A DNA stretch of 61,557 nt, the filler included, from Basidiobolus ranarum (taxonomy: Eukaryota), in assembly GCA_040143965.1 (NCBI GenBank). It is 2 parts of 2 records of this genome, joined end to end, with 100 filler letters (N's around TTAATTAATTAA, not from the genome) between each part and the next. Parts side by side here need not be neighbours in the genome. Positions count along the whole stretch, not along the records: positions 1 to 30,792 come from JASJQH010000096.1; positions 30,893 to 61,557 come from JASJQH010000097.1. One strand, 5' to 3'. Below the pieces are notes generated by a model, which was not told where the DNA came from, did not search any database, and was given only the letters and a program-made list of their open reading frames with translations. Within the stretch, counting starts at the first letter, position 1. Every line of letters begins with the position of its first letter. Below, piece after piece: positions 28,601 through 41,243 of this stretch. The position numbers and the translations under genes are program-made.

Positions 28601-29971
28601 ATTACCTTTACCTCGTTCGAGGCGGAAAAATACTCCTAAATTCTAGTACCGCTTGGGACCTTGCATTTTATGATGGCAAATCACATGGCATCTCCATGGA
28701 CAAATCAGCACCCGGTCAAAGTAGGGTACGCTGATGAGATGATAGAGTTTTACTCGGGGTAATGCGGTATCATGCACAGATATCTATGGAATCTATCGGA
28801 TTTGGAGTAGACCAATCTTCAATCACTATATCAACATATCAATATTGCAGAGTAGCTTAGAACTTGACCCAATGCGAGTCAGCTCTTGAAACACCATTTA
28901 CCATCAGAAAATGGTGCTGTCCACACGAATTGTATACTCCGACGTATGACATTAACTAAGTGCCCATTCTGTAGACATTTATTCAAGACAATTCTGATGA
29001 ATGCTGTAGACAAATCCGTTACTACCAATATGAATCAAGTTGTGCATTATGGATTCCAAATGGATCAGGCATACCAATGCTATTCACGATTTCACCACAT
29101 CTTCGAATCAAAAGAAGATACCACATTGTGCCTTCTAACATGGTCCACCCTCTAAAACCAGATGGAGAGTGATCGCTGAGCAATTAGAATCAACATGCTC
29201 ACTCGTCCCTACTTGAGCATTATGCGTTCAAATATCAGATTCTAATTCCTCACTATATCCCAAATGGACACATTGAAGTTTCATACGAGTTCTGATTCAC
29301 CATCCGAACGAACCCTCCGATCAACTATCCCAACTCAAACCAGGAGACAAGGAGCCCCTTTCAAGTCATTCCAATTACAGGTGCTAAAGCTATCTTGTCA
29401 CATTGAAATTCGAGATAGTCCACCAAGTCCAGTCATTTTGCCTCATAATTAAGTCTTATTCATACGAGCATTGCCTAGATGTCGATATTTGTTTGCTGAT
29501 GTATTGGCTCAAAAGAAACGTGCGGTTTGGCGTACAGGCCATTTTCACTTATTAGAATCAGGTGATAGAATGGTTGCTCTGAGCAACATGATTGACCAGG
29601 TTGAATCATCCTCATTTATGATTCCACGAATCAGGAATAAGGAGCTTAGTGATCGAAATAACATGAATGTATATACAATTGTATCGAAGCCACTTTAAAA
29701 ATGGGAATTCTGTTGTATGAATAAGTCTCGAATAATCAAAATATTCTGGGTCATCTAAATATAACTAAATATCAGGAATTTAAGACTGGCACTAAAACGA
29801 AGTCTAAATTTTCAAAGGAATGACTATTTCTATAAATATGGGTCCCATCCCAGATTTACTACCATTCCGTCAGCCTCTTTGCATTCTCTTTGATTTATAC
29901 ATACCAACTGTAAGTTTACTCTTTTCTTCAGCATTTTAGAACTCAGCACTTCAAAATCGATCGATAATACA

Positions 29972-30592
29972 ATGGCGCTTGTCCAGAATACAAATAAATC
30001 CCACCCGACTGCCACTCCCACGATGAAAAATCGTTTGGGTCAAGTATCCCCTCCTATAGTTTCTTGGGCAACTATAGTAGGCACTCCTGAAGCTCTTGGC
30101 TTTATACGTACCTCAGAAATTGAGGCAATCCCTAAAGCCTATGTACTTGAACACCTACGACAAATGGGCTCAACTCTTTTCAATAATTCTTTTTCCACCA
30201 ATGTAAGACTTGAGATTTATGACAAGATGGGAAACAGCAATGCGTTCTGGGTTCACGATTTCTATTTTTCACAAGAGAGTGCATTACTTTTCCGACTACT
30301 GAATACCTCTCGTCCACGCCGACCTTCGTCTCCTTTCGCTGAACTTCACGGTTGGCTAGACAAAGGAAAAGTCGAAAAAGACGAGGAAACAGACAAACTA
30401 CATGTACAGTTAGAAGTTCCCTGCTCAATTACATTTACCGCTATCTTAGAATGGTTGTATATACATGATGACGACAAATGGCTAGCCAGTATGAATGAAG
30501 ACAATTTTGATGGTATCTTAGCCAACGTTGCATATTTACGACTCAACCAGGATGCGTACTACGTCTTGGCCCGTTATTACGAAGATTTGTAG
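29972..30592 (+). CDS. BTB/POZ-like protein resembling Clp1 (clampless); paralog B, intronless
   Basis: IPKAYVLEHLRQMG..LFN...FWVHDFYFSQES.LL...LEVPCSITFTAILEWLY.HDDDKWL..NFDGILANVAYLRL aligns block by block with 15452-16003. TATAAA at 29831. Confidence 0.82.
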   Translation: MALVQNTNKSHPTATPTMKNRLGQVSPPIVSWATIVGTPEALGFIRTSEIEAIPKAYVLEHLRQMGSTLFNNSFSTNVRLEIYDKMGNSNAFWVHDFYFSQESALLFRLLNTSRPRRPSSPFAELHGWLDKGKVEKDEETDKLHVQLEVPCSITFTAILEWLYIHDDDKWLASMNEDNFDGILANVAYLRLNQDAYYVLARYYEDL

Positions 30593-30792
30593 GTTCGACT
30601 TGATCGCGTGAATTTAGTCATTCTGATACCACTCGCCCAGCTTAGCATATCTATTATGGAAGTAGAATTACTTTCCAATGTGATTTGGCTAATCGTTGGT
30701 GTAATGAAATTGCTTAGAAACAGCTTATAATAAACCAAAATTGCCATCCATTACCGGAAATATCTTGTAAATCCCCTGATGACTCATCTGTG

Positions 30793-30892
30793 NNNNNNNN
30801 NNNNNNNNNNNNNNNNNNNNNNNNNNNNNNNNNNNNTTAATTAATTAANNNNNNNNNNNNNNNNNNNNNNNNNNNNNNNNNNNNNNNNNNNN
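30793..30892. other. Assembly gap with artificial linker (44 N + TTAATTAATTAA + 44 N)
   Basis: Seen directly. The 12-mer puts stop codons in all six frames, typical of a contig-joining spacer. Confidence 0.98.
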
Positions 30893-31210
30893 CATCCCCC
30901 CCATTTACTCCAAGACAGCATGCTATGGTCACATTGGTCGTGAGGAATTTTCTTGGGAACAACCCAAGGCATTGAACTTGTAAAATGTTTGATATATTTA
31001 TTATTTTAACTTTCTAAGGACTCTTTACGGACACTTTTCTAAATTCGTTACATTATGGACAATTATTTTACTTTCTTTCGTTACTCTGCCCAGAATCCTC
31101 AAATAAATACCAGTTTGTAAGAAACTACCTCAAGCACGCATTCGTGTAGTAAAATCTTTTTTCAGGAATGTATTCGATACTCTCTTTGATGAAATATCTG
31201 TTTAAGTAGT

Positions 31211-31498
31211 TGTTGGAAGTGATTTGGAGAACTAGAAAAATTGGTGGTTTTATTTTATACTTCTGTCAAGAGGTAGGCAAACTAACATGTAGAATATGTT
31301 CAGGAAGGTCCCAGGAACATGTGTACAAAGTTTGGGGAGTCTTGGACAAGTTGGAGAAAATCATATAATCAGTGAACTTCCAAGTTGGCAAAAATATTGT
31401 AAGTAAATTCCGAGTGAAGATATTGAATAATAACGTAGTAAAATCTGGGTAGCTAGCTATATGACTATGTAGATGCTTAAGCTATGTCATTCTCAACG
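31211..31498 (-). mobile_element. Solo LTR of the same copia family
   Basis: TGTTGGAAGTGATTTGGAGAA...GGAAGGTCCCAGGAACATGTGT.CAAAGTTTGGG...TCTCAACG is colinear with 9334-9660. No clear target-site duplication. Confidence 0.85.
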
Positions 31499-31862
31499 AT
31501 ATCCAGTTAAAACAGACATTTGAGAAAGGTCATTTTCGTTCTTGAATTAGCCATATATACTTGGTAAATCGTTCCCTTGAACCATCAAGACACTCAACAC
31601 ATCTGGAAATGCCAAGTTGAAGTTAATGTTCTACTACTAACTTCTATACAGCTATAAGGTACACACTTTATGGTGAACACTCTTGGTTGATCAAGTAACC
31701 CTGGTCATACCTACTACAGCCCCAAGTATACTAAATAGATTAGTCTAGTAATAAAAAAATGGTTATAGGTGTGTATTTGGTATTATTTTGAAGCAATACT
31801 ATGTAAATCAAAATAATCAAGTTGGGTAAGAAAAGACAAATACAGAAGAATAAAAGAGAATT

Positions 31863-34800
31863 CTAATCTTGGGGTCCTGAAGGAACATATATATCACAAT
31901 CTTGCCATTGTGACAATTTGTACAAGGTGATTAGTACAATAAAATGAAGCAGGAAAGAATAAATAATCAAAAAGTAGCGTCCATTTTTGTTGGCTAAAAC
32001 ATGTCGGGCAATATTTAAGGTTGTACGCTCAACCGGGTTAAGTGAGTTGTAGCGACGTGATTCTTCCTAGAAATTAGAAGACAATATCTCAATTTTCATG
32101 TCATAGAACTAAGAGCAAGCGTTTACAAGTACCTTCTTTTTATAAGCCTGGAATGGATTCATGTTCTCCTCATACATACTCGAGTACCTATCAGCTACAT
32201 TATCATTACGAGAGTAAGTATTGTCTACATTGATAACAGTATTCACATTCTGCAGAGATATTAGTTAACAAGTATTGCAATCAGCGAGAAAAATGACCGT
32301 ATTTACTCTCTTTGAAGGGCCATCAGTACGATATGAGCTGATATATTGGATTTTCTCGTAAAGTTTTACGTTATCTTCTCGCAGGGACTCCAATTCACCA
32401 CGTAAATCAGACACAGTTTCGTTAAGTCCTCGTACTTCCTCCTCAAGTTCGAAATTACGTTGACGAAAGCGATCACGTTGACTGGTAAGGATAGGAATGA
32501 TGGAGTTGTCACTGCCCGGATTCAAGAAAGGAGAGGATGGTCGACTATCCTAGATTGGTTGAAGATGCATGAATTTCACCAAATAAACAAAAGTCAGCGA
32601 AAATTAAGAGCAACATACTGTCGACAATGGGTCAGCCATGGAGGACACGCTACGACGGGCGTTGACATTACTCAAGTCTTCCTCCAGTTTTTTAGTTAAA
32701 TTTTTCTGATCATTCAATTCTCTTTGAACCTTGGCATAGTCGTCTTGGGCTCGTTTCAGGTCATTATTGGCATCTTGTAAAGTGAGCTGTGGTGCTTTGA
32801 TTTAGCAAAAGGAGTAGCGCGTTTTCACGTGAGATCATTTACCTTGATATTGGTCAATTCATTTTCCATCTTTCTGTTTTTGAGCATCAACAATTTCTCC
32901 AAAGAGCCAGGCTTAGCGTCTCCATTTACTCCATTAGTTTTCTGAGCTTCATCCAACTCATTTGCAAATTCAACGGACTAAATTGGAGTACAATAAGAAA
33001 TAGACATCGCGAACAAGATATCAATATAAGCTAGTTAACCTTCAAAATCTCAAGCTCGTTCTTGATTTGAATATAATCTTTGCGCTCTTTCAACTGAGCC
33101 TTGAGTTCTTGAACTTCCTTTTCCTAGTAAACGAAGGTTTCAGCATGTTATTCGAATGTTTATAAGGCAGTACGTGGTCGTGGAAGTACCTTCTCAGTAA
33201 TTGCATTCTCAAGATTGACTTTACGGTTGGATGAGGCACTTTCGCTTTGAGTAACTGTTTGTCTCAGAGATTCGATTTGCTTTATCAACTTGGATATTTC
33301 ACCCTAGAAAGCAATCATTTTTAGGAGAATTCGTATGCATATAATTGTCCATTACATACTAACCTCTTGTTCGGCATATCTACGCTCATATTCCACTATT
33401 CTATTATCCAGAATTATTTTAGATTACCAATCCAACCAAATAAATGACCTATGTGGCGAACAATGATCACTTACCTTTCATCAGTGCCACGTTCGTCACG
33501 AGCTGCCTGAACCTCAGTTTTGAGAACCTCCTACAAATGGGGCCATTAGACAACTTGATCACTAAATGTAAACAACCCAAAAAGTTCCTTTACATTTTCA
33601 CCTTCCAACTCAACAATCTTAGCGCTCGCTCTTTCAAGATCCATAACTACAATGTCGAGCTCCGCAAGCTTCGCAGCGGTTTCCTCGTCTAAGGAATAAC
33701 CATGAGTAATCGCCTAGTATGTGAGAGATCGTAACTCTGATACTTACCATTCTTTTGCCCGTGGCCGATGAGTTTCGCTTGAGTATTGTCATGAGAACTC
33801 TTTAATTGAATGATTTGTTCGTTGGCTTGGTCAAGTTGCTTCTGGAGTTGCATTTCGCTACAAGTACAATGTTTAGGCCAGTTCAAAATTCAATGTAACG
33901 ATAACTTACCGTTCTTTAAAGGTGCTCATCTTAGTGTCGAAAATTTCCTTAATTTCAGCCTCTTTCAGCTCCACTTTTTCAGTGACAACTTCATCCATCT
34001 ACAAAAGAAACTCGAGTAAGCTCCATTGTATGTTCGAAAGATATGACTAATCCAACATTACTTTCTCTTCGAATCTGGCCAGTCTTTGGTTGAGCAACAG
34101 ATTCTCTTGCTCTTGTCCACGAAGTCTGGAAATCTCCAAGTTGTTTTCGTTCAACTCATCTTTCAATCGTTTTAGGTCGGATTTCAGAGTTTTATTCTCA
34201 GCGGCTTTAGCAGTTTCTTCCTAAAATTGAAATTTATAATCTTAGTCTTCATCACAAATTCAAGTCAAGTGGGAGGCCATTTAATTACTATTAAAGCAGA
34301 AATCAAAGGAGCCGGATCCGGTACTTCAGCGAAAAGTTTATAAAAGTTCAGAAAGCATCCTTCAGCATATTTCAACCGACGAGTAAGATTATCAATCTCC
34401 CCTTGGTAGGCTGTAAAACATTTATTTTCGTAAGTTTATTCCTTCTTTTGTAGTTGCATAGAGTGAATCAATGTAACAGTACCAACCTTTAAGTAAAGTT
34501 TTGACTTCACGAGGCTTATCTGGGTCGGGAACCTTTTTAAATTCTAAACGAGCGAGTTAGTCTAAGGATTCCTTCATTCTGAGACTGAAAAAACAAACAA
34601 TTTAGTTACCCCTGGTTTTTTCAGCTAGTTCTCTTCGTGTCGTCGAGGTATCTTTTTGATTATTTACAATTTCTGTTCCTTGGACATCAAGTTCCGTTTG
34701 GAGTTTGCTCAGCCCAACCTCTAGATTGTCAATAAAAATGAGTTATGAGTAGATGAATCGGATAAGAGTTCAAAATGTGTCTATGAGCAATAATTATAGG

Positions 34801-34898
34801 AAATAAAGGATGAAAGGAAAGGAAAATTAGATTGTCACTCCACCTTCCCAAGATTTAAAAGCTGAGGTTAGACTATCATCAAAAGAAGTACGCGCCAT
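31863..34898 (-). CDS. COY1: CASP/Coy1 golgin (long coiled coil with C-terminal transmembrane anchor); many introns
   Basis: Spliced N-terminus LSKLQTELDVQGTEIVNNQKDT..RRELAEKTREFKK..LLKAYQGEIDNLTRR..AE..FL. CASP-C motif ILTSQRDRFRQRNFELEEE..DNVKLYEKIQY. C-terminal TM segment RYFLIIYSFLLHFIVLITLY. Confidence 0.92.
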
Positions 34899-35583
34899 CT
34901 TCCAGATTTCAAAATTGGATTCTTTATAGATTTGCTGCTATCTGATATATTTCTGTTGTAAAAGATGAAGTTTCAAAAACCAAACATACAATAACACCAG
35001 AACCAAGAGAGTTGGCTTTGAGAAAAGATTGGTATGTAATACTACTTAGTTGAAATTTGACATCATGAACATTTAATTGATTTCAACCTGATTTACATAT
35101 TCACCAGTTAACTTACTAAACTTGGCCGCCGTTTAAATGCTATTTAAATATACCCATTATTGATTGTTTATTCTCAAGTTTGTATACAGACTCTATTGCC
35201 ATTCTATCATTCTATACCCTCGATTTTGGGGATATAAAACACAGCCAAGCCTCCTCTTGCAATTACCAATCACCTTACAGGCTCCTCCCTGATTTGACTC
35301 CTTTTGACAATTATAGTAAACGAATACACAAGAAATAAATTGTTTTAAACACAGATTAAGGATCAATCTATTGTCAAGCAAACTCAGATTCTAAGATCGT
35401 CACTCCTGGTTGTTAAGGAGGAACATGATGAGCCATGCATATTAACAAGTGGATAGGAACGAGGAATGAATATCCAGACTCCTCTCTACTTCTCTCTTCA
35501 AGACAAATACTTTGTCCTTTTATTATTTATTTCCGGCACTACTAGTTGCTCTTACTAACCCAGTTGTCAATTGATTGCCAAAG

Positions 35584-37125
35584 ATGTCGCACGTACGTAT
35601 ATCCACCTGAATTCCATGAACAAACAGCTTACTTGTAGTATTAATAGAGATATGGTGGACGCTGGAAGAATGCCAAGAAAGGCTTGCAGTTTACCATTAT
35701 GGTAGTTGGTATGTTTCTCTCTTAACCCACATTCTTGATGCAAGTTGTTCACCGCAAATCAAACAGGTGCGTCTGGATTAGGACGCACTACATTTGTTAA
35801 TACTCTATGCGAGAAGAAGATATTTCCCAACCGCACGGAATTTGATTCCGAAACAGCTCATATGCCTAAACCAATTCAGATTCGCCCAGTAAATGCTGGT
35901 AATACTTTCAGATATATATTCTTAGGTAAACAAATAATTTCTAACTCAAAATAGAGCTGGAAGAGGACAGTATGAGGATCGCACTGACCGTTGTTGATAC
36001 CCCTGGGTTTGGAGATGGTATCGATAACGAGAACAGGTAGGAAGGAAAGCTAGCTAATTTCATATTCAGTGACACTCATCTTTGCATTGAACAGCTTCAA
36101 GGAGATTCTTAATTATGTAGAGCAGCGCTATGATATCATTCTCTCTGAAGAATCTAGAATTCGTCGTAACCCCAAGTTCCAAGACAATCGAGTTCACGCA
36201 TTAATTTATTTCATTACCCCCACCGGTCATTCGTAAGTGCCAACATTGATTTGCATATATATATTGCCGTCTACGTGGCTAATCTTCGTTATAATAGTCT
36301 TCGTGAAATGGATATTGAACTAATGAAGAGGCTTGGACCTCGAGTAAACATCATCCCAGTAATTGGAAAGGCGGACAGCCTGACTCCATCGGAGTTGGCC
36401 GCATTTAAAAAACGGGTAATTGTCTCTCTAGCGTCGTAATGAGTAGCAACTAAACCGTTTGCTCCAGGTTATGGAAGACATCGAGTACTATCGAATTCCT
36501 ATTTATCACTTTCCTAATGACCCTGACGATGATGAAGAAATGATCTCGGAGAACAACGAACTAAGAGTGAGCCTTCGACTGTTAGCCTATTTCTGGTTGT
36601 TATTAGACTAACAAATTGTGTAGTCACTACTTCCATTTGCAGTTATTGGCTGTGAAGAGGAATTTGTAGTAGATGGAGTTAAAGTTCGTGGCCGGAGGTA
36701 TCCTTGGGGGCATGTGGATGGTTTGTACAAGTAAATACTCCGATACATATTTGCTATGTTAACACATCTATGAACCTTAGTTGATAATCCAGAACACTGC
36801 GACTTTGATCGTTTACGCTTTATGCTGCTCAAGTTTGTTTATCTGTATCTATGTCTTTTTGCTTGACTTCTCATTCATTCTCATCTATAGTTCACACATG
36901 ACGGACCTTCGAGAGCTCACTCATAATGTTCTGTATGAAAACTACCGCACTGAAAAGCTTAGTCGCATGAGTCCTGATATGCTAGAGTAAGTTTTGTATA
37001 GCTTTTAAAAATCCATTATCTTGTAAATATTGATCAGCAGAACTAGGGAAGGCATAAGATCAAACACCGCTTCCGAGCCAGGCTCTCCAATTTCCACCAG
37101 CTCCCAGCCTCCCTTAAGTCCCTAG
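35584..37125 (+). CDS. CDC11: Septin, Cdc11/AspA group; multi-exon
   Basis: KKGLQFTIMVVGASGLGRTTFVNTLC (G1), VDTPGFGD (G3), PVIGKAD (G4), RGRRYPWG..HCDF..LR, YENYRTEKL. The first exon is a 9-nt micro-exon (ATG TCG CAC). Confidence 0.9.
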
Positions 37126-37428
37126 ACCCGGTGTTGTAAGGAAATTGACTCTTCTTAATATTTCTTTACCCATTCTCTACTTTAATCGTATTACCACAAG
37201 CGCGCTTTATATCTTCTATTGACTGCCTTCTTTCCCCATTACTTCTACTCAAGTTTGTATTGTTAGTAGAGGGAAAAGATGCTTTTTTTCTTTTTTAATC
37301 CAATTCAATAACATTAAACATGCAGAACCAATGAGTCCTTGGCATCGAACTATTTTTCAGTCATTAGAGCCCAGCATTAGTCTCAAGCAATAGCTACGTT
37401 TAGGTTGAAAAGGAATAATTTTAATAAT

Positions 37429-38725
37429 CTAACAGATGTCAGTAGGATCCCAACAAAATCTAGTATGCTTCTCTGTGTTCGAAAGACCATCCAATATCCT
37501 CATATCCTGTGCATAACATGAGTTAGTGATATCCTCTATCAATTGCAATACAAGGAATATAAATGAAATGATAACTACATTTTCGCTCAACTCAAATCCA
37601 TAAACATCCAGGTTTTTTTGAATTCTATCAGGAGTAACAGACTTCGGTATCACTGCAGCTTTGTGTTGTAAGGCCCACCTCAACAATACTTGACCAGGAC
37701 TTTTGTCATGTTGTTTGGCGATTGTCTCTATCTCTTCTATAACCAAGTCTCCATTGACCAATCTACCTTCACCAAAGCTAGAATAAGCCTGAACTTGAAT
37801 CCCATGCTCTTGACAAAGCTCTACCAACTCTTCTTGATAAAGTAATGGATGCATTTCAAACTGTGCTACCATCGGGATGATTTCACAGTATTCAAGTATT
37901 TCTTTAACATGCTTCACGGTATAATTACTGATCCCTATAGAACGCAATTTTCCTTCCTTGTATAATCTCTCTAGCGCCTTCCAACTACCAATTCTATTTT
38001 CCAAATTTTTAGGGTCGGAGAGCTGAAGTTTTTGAGTTCTGTCAAGTGTTAACAAAAGTTTAACATGATAGTGTATTCTAAATAACACCAAAAATATTTA
38101 CCCTGGCCAATGGATCAAGTAAAGATCTAAGTAATCAAGGTTAAACCGTTCTAAAGAATTTGTTACAGCTAAAAAGAAAAGAAAATTGGTCAAAAAACAG
38201 TTGAAAAATACACAGAATTCTTATTTTTCGTACCTGTATAACACTTTTCATAGCCCTGATCTTTTGGAGCTGAAATACATTTGAAGTTAGTAGTCAGTCG
38301 TTAACCTTAACTGCGCCTTTTATAAGATATATACCTAATTTAGAAGTGATAAACAAGTCTTCTCGCTTCAAATTGAGTTCTTTATCTTCAAGTAATTCTC
38401 TTACTACATCTCCAATAACCCCTTCATTTTTATATACGGTAGCAGAATCTATTCTCAAAAGAAATATTTGCTTCTTAAAACTCAGATTTCGAAAGATACT
38501 TTATGTGTTATGTTTACCTATTAAACGATAACCCACACGTACTGCGTTGGATACTGCTTGCTTGACAAGCTCGGGATCTTTTACTCGATAAGTACCGACT
38601 GATTGAAATTCGGTGAAAACTATTGTTAACAAATAGATATGTATTTAAGGTGCTTAAAGAGTGTGCTACTCACGTCCGATGCTTGGCATTTTAACCTCAT
38701 TATGTAGGGAGTAATTTTCCACCAT
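37429..38725 (-). CDS. Aldo-keto reductase; multi-exon
   Basis: MPSIG..GTY, GYRLIDSATVYKNE, REDLFITSKL, LDYLDLYLIHWPG, GKLRSIGISNY, QVLLRWALQ..VIPKS. Confidence 0.95.
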
Positions 38726-39405
38726 GACCGGGTTGTATTACAAGAAGGAAATTTTCGTTTAAAATTGAATTTTATCGCTACCATATATCACCATGGTATT
38801 TACCAAGCACTACACTCATTTTCCTCAATTGGGGATTGCTTAGAAATCGGAGTTGTTTATTTAAAATATAGGAATGCTTTCTAACTCTACAAGTACCGGT
38901 TATCAGAAACCATGTAACCGTACTAAGCGAAAAAAAGATGTACGTTAATGACACCCAAACATTGAGTGTAACAAGCTTGAGATGATTGAAAATCAAGTAA
39001 CGAGCTAACCCTAAGGTTTGGGAAAGCCATCGATAAGATTATTATTAATTCAGTATGAGGTAAATATTTTACCAATATTGCTGTAAATACTCTGGGTAAT
39101 ATATATACGCCACACGTGAAAGTATCGGCAATTTAATCTCTACGAAGTTCTAGCCTACAACCACTAATTTTGAATGGCTGAATCTAGGACTTGGTAGGTA
39201 AAATTACTAGCTTCATCTTTCAAATGTTGTGACACGTATTTACTCTGATCGACATAAATACCAGCTCGCCATGCTTTGGTACTACTAGGCTCTATTATTC
39301 TTGGCATACCAAGCACTGAGTGAAAATCCTTTAACTTCACGCCTCAGTATATTCTTCGGCCATTAATTTGCTTGACTATCCCTATTATTATCTCAGCATA
39401 TCTTG

Positions 39406-40446
39406 ATGACCTCTCTCAAGTTTTATACAGCCTCGGAAGTGGCTTCCCATTCGTCCGACAAATCCACCTGGGTGATTTATAAAAATAAAGTCTATGATGT
39501 AACTTCATTTCTCAGCTCTCACCCCGGCGGAGACGAGCTCATCCTTGAATACGCAGGTAAAGACGTAACCGAAGTCCTTGCTGATATCGACATTCATGAA
39601 CATTCCGAAGCAGCCTATGTGATGCTAGAAGATTTATGTATTGGTCAACTGTCCTCGCCACTAAACAACGGGAAAGAGCTCAAAGACGAGCGGTCCAAGA
39701 AGTTTGCAGATATGGATTTGAAAGCCAACACCGACGCCGAGAAAGACTTTTTAAAGCAACATTTTTTGGATTTGAACAAACCCTTGGTTAGTCAAATTTG
39801 GAACAACAACTTCACAAAAGAGTTTTATCTCAAGCAAGTACACTCACCTCGCCACCTTCCCGAACCTGCTATTTTCTTTTCAAATCCTGTGCTAGAGATG
39901 CTAACGCGTACTCCTTGGTATGTGATACCCATCATCTGGTTCCCGATATCCATGTATTTCTTCTCTCGCTCCATACAGATTGTCGCCATTGAGTGGACGA
40001 TTACATGCTTTTTCTCTGGTATTCTGCTCTGGACTTTATTAGAATACTGTATCCACAGATTCCTGTTCCACTTGGACGATTCATTACCCAACCATCCTAA
40101 GGTCTTCATTATCCATTTCCTTCTCCATGGAGTTCATCACTATCTCCCTATGGACAGATTAAGATTGGTAATGCCACCCGTGCTTTCCTTCAGTCTTGCA
40201 GCACCATTGCTTCGCCTGGGTTACTTCTTGTTCAACACCGGAACTGCCGAAGGAGTCATCAGTGGTACACTCTTTGGGTATATGTGCTATGATTTGGTCC
40301 ATTATCACCTTCATCATGCTCGTCCACTTCTTGATTATTTACGTCAGATGAAGACCTTCCATTTAGATCACCACTACAAAGATTATGAAGAGAACTACGG
40401 TATCACTACCATTCTCTGGGATGCTGTCTTCCACACTCTGGTTTGA
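39406..40446 (+). CDS. SCS7: Sphingolipid fatty acid 2-hydroxylase with N-terminal cytochrome b5, intronless
   Basis: b5 motif HPGG; His boxes [49 protein letters not shown]. Confidence 0.97.
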   Translation: MTSLKFYTASEVASHSSDKSTWVIYKNKVYDVTSFLSSHPGGDELILEYAGKDVTEVLADIDIHEHSEAAYVMLEDLCIGQLSSPLNNGKELKDERSKKFADMDLKANTDAEKDFLKQHFLDLNKPLVSQIWNNNFTKEFYLKQVHSPRHLPEPAIFFSNPVLEMLTRTPWYVIPIIWFPISMYFFSRSIQIVAIEWTITCFFSGILLWTLLEYCIHRFLFHLDDSLPNHPKVFIIHFLLHGVHHYLPMDRLRLVMPPVLSFSLAAPLLRLGYFLFNTGTAEGVISGTLFGYMCYDLVHYHLHHARPLLDYLRQMKTFHLDHHYKDYEENYGITTILWDAVFHTLV

Positions 40447-40921
40447 CATGGCCAATGCTAAACATTTTCATTTGTAAATCTCTGATTATTTTTGTTTGTT
40501 AATTTTTTATGGTAATCAATAAAAATTGGTCTATTCTTTTTGGAACCTTCTGATTGATTCACTGTAAAAATCACCGATATCAAGCCCATTTAAAGAAAAT
40601 AGCGCCAGGGCTAGACAGTCAGTATGATGCCCAAAGATGATTTCCACTAGATTTGTCGGATGATCTAGCAGACAACAGATGAAGCATGAATAATGATGTA
40701 TATATTCACCGAGAGTAAGGAAGAGCAACAATGGGCATATTCATAGAGTAAGCAAGAATAACAATGGGTATGTGCATATATAGTTTAAAGTGCAGAGTTT
40801 ATTTTTTCTGAAGAGATTAAGAAAAACACTCAGCCAGAGGTTTTTATCCCATGATACATAACCGAGGTCATGGCAGTTACGAAGAAAGTCCACGTCTCGG
40901 AGAATAACATACAGAATAGGC

Positions 40922-41243
40922 TTAAAGACCCAACTTGGTACGACGCCAGTGTCTACGCTTGGCGTTGTATCTGATCTTGTTGTCAGTTCTCAAACGGATC
41001 CAGTGAGGGATGGGTCTGTTTTGCTTTTGCTTCTTACCAAGAATGCGCTTGATCTTGAAGGACTTTTGAGAAGGCTAAAAGGAAACAAGTAATTAGGAAT
41101 TGGGTCGATGAACTCCATCACGATATCAAACGAAGTCGCCTCTGTAAACGAATCTACCGCATAGTAAAGGTTGGCAGAAAGACGTGATAACGTTATGATA
41201 TCTGGATGGATGTATGGTTCAGTGTAAGTAGATAGCTTACCAT
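40922..41243 (-). CDS. RPL39: 60S ribosomal protein L39 (eL39); exon 1 is ATG only (41243-41241), intron 41240-41075, exon 2 41074-40922
   Basis: Spliced product [51 protein letters not shown] (51 aa). Not in the ORF track. Confidence 0.97.

Noticed and set aside
30837-30848. Perfect palindrome TTAATTAATTAA
   Set aside because: Assembly linker embedded in Ns, not biological.
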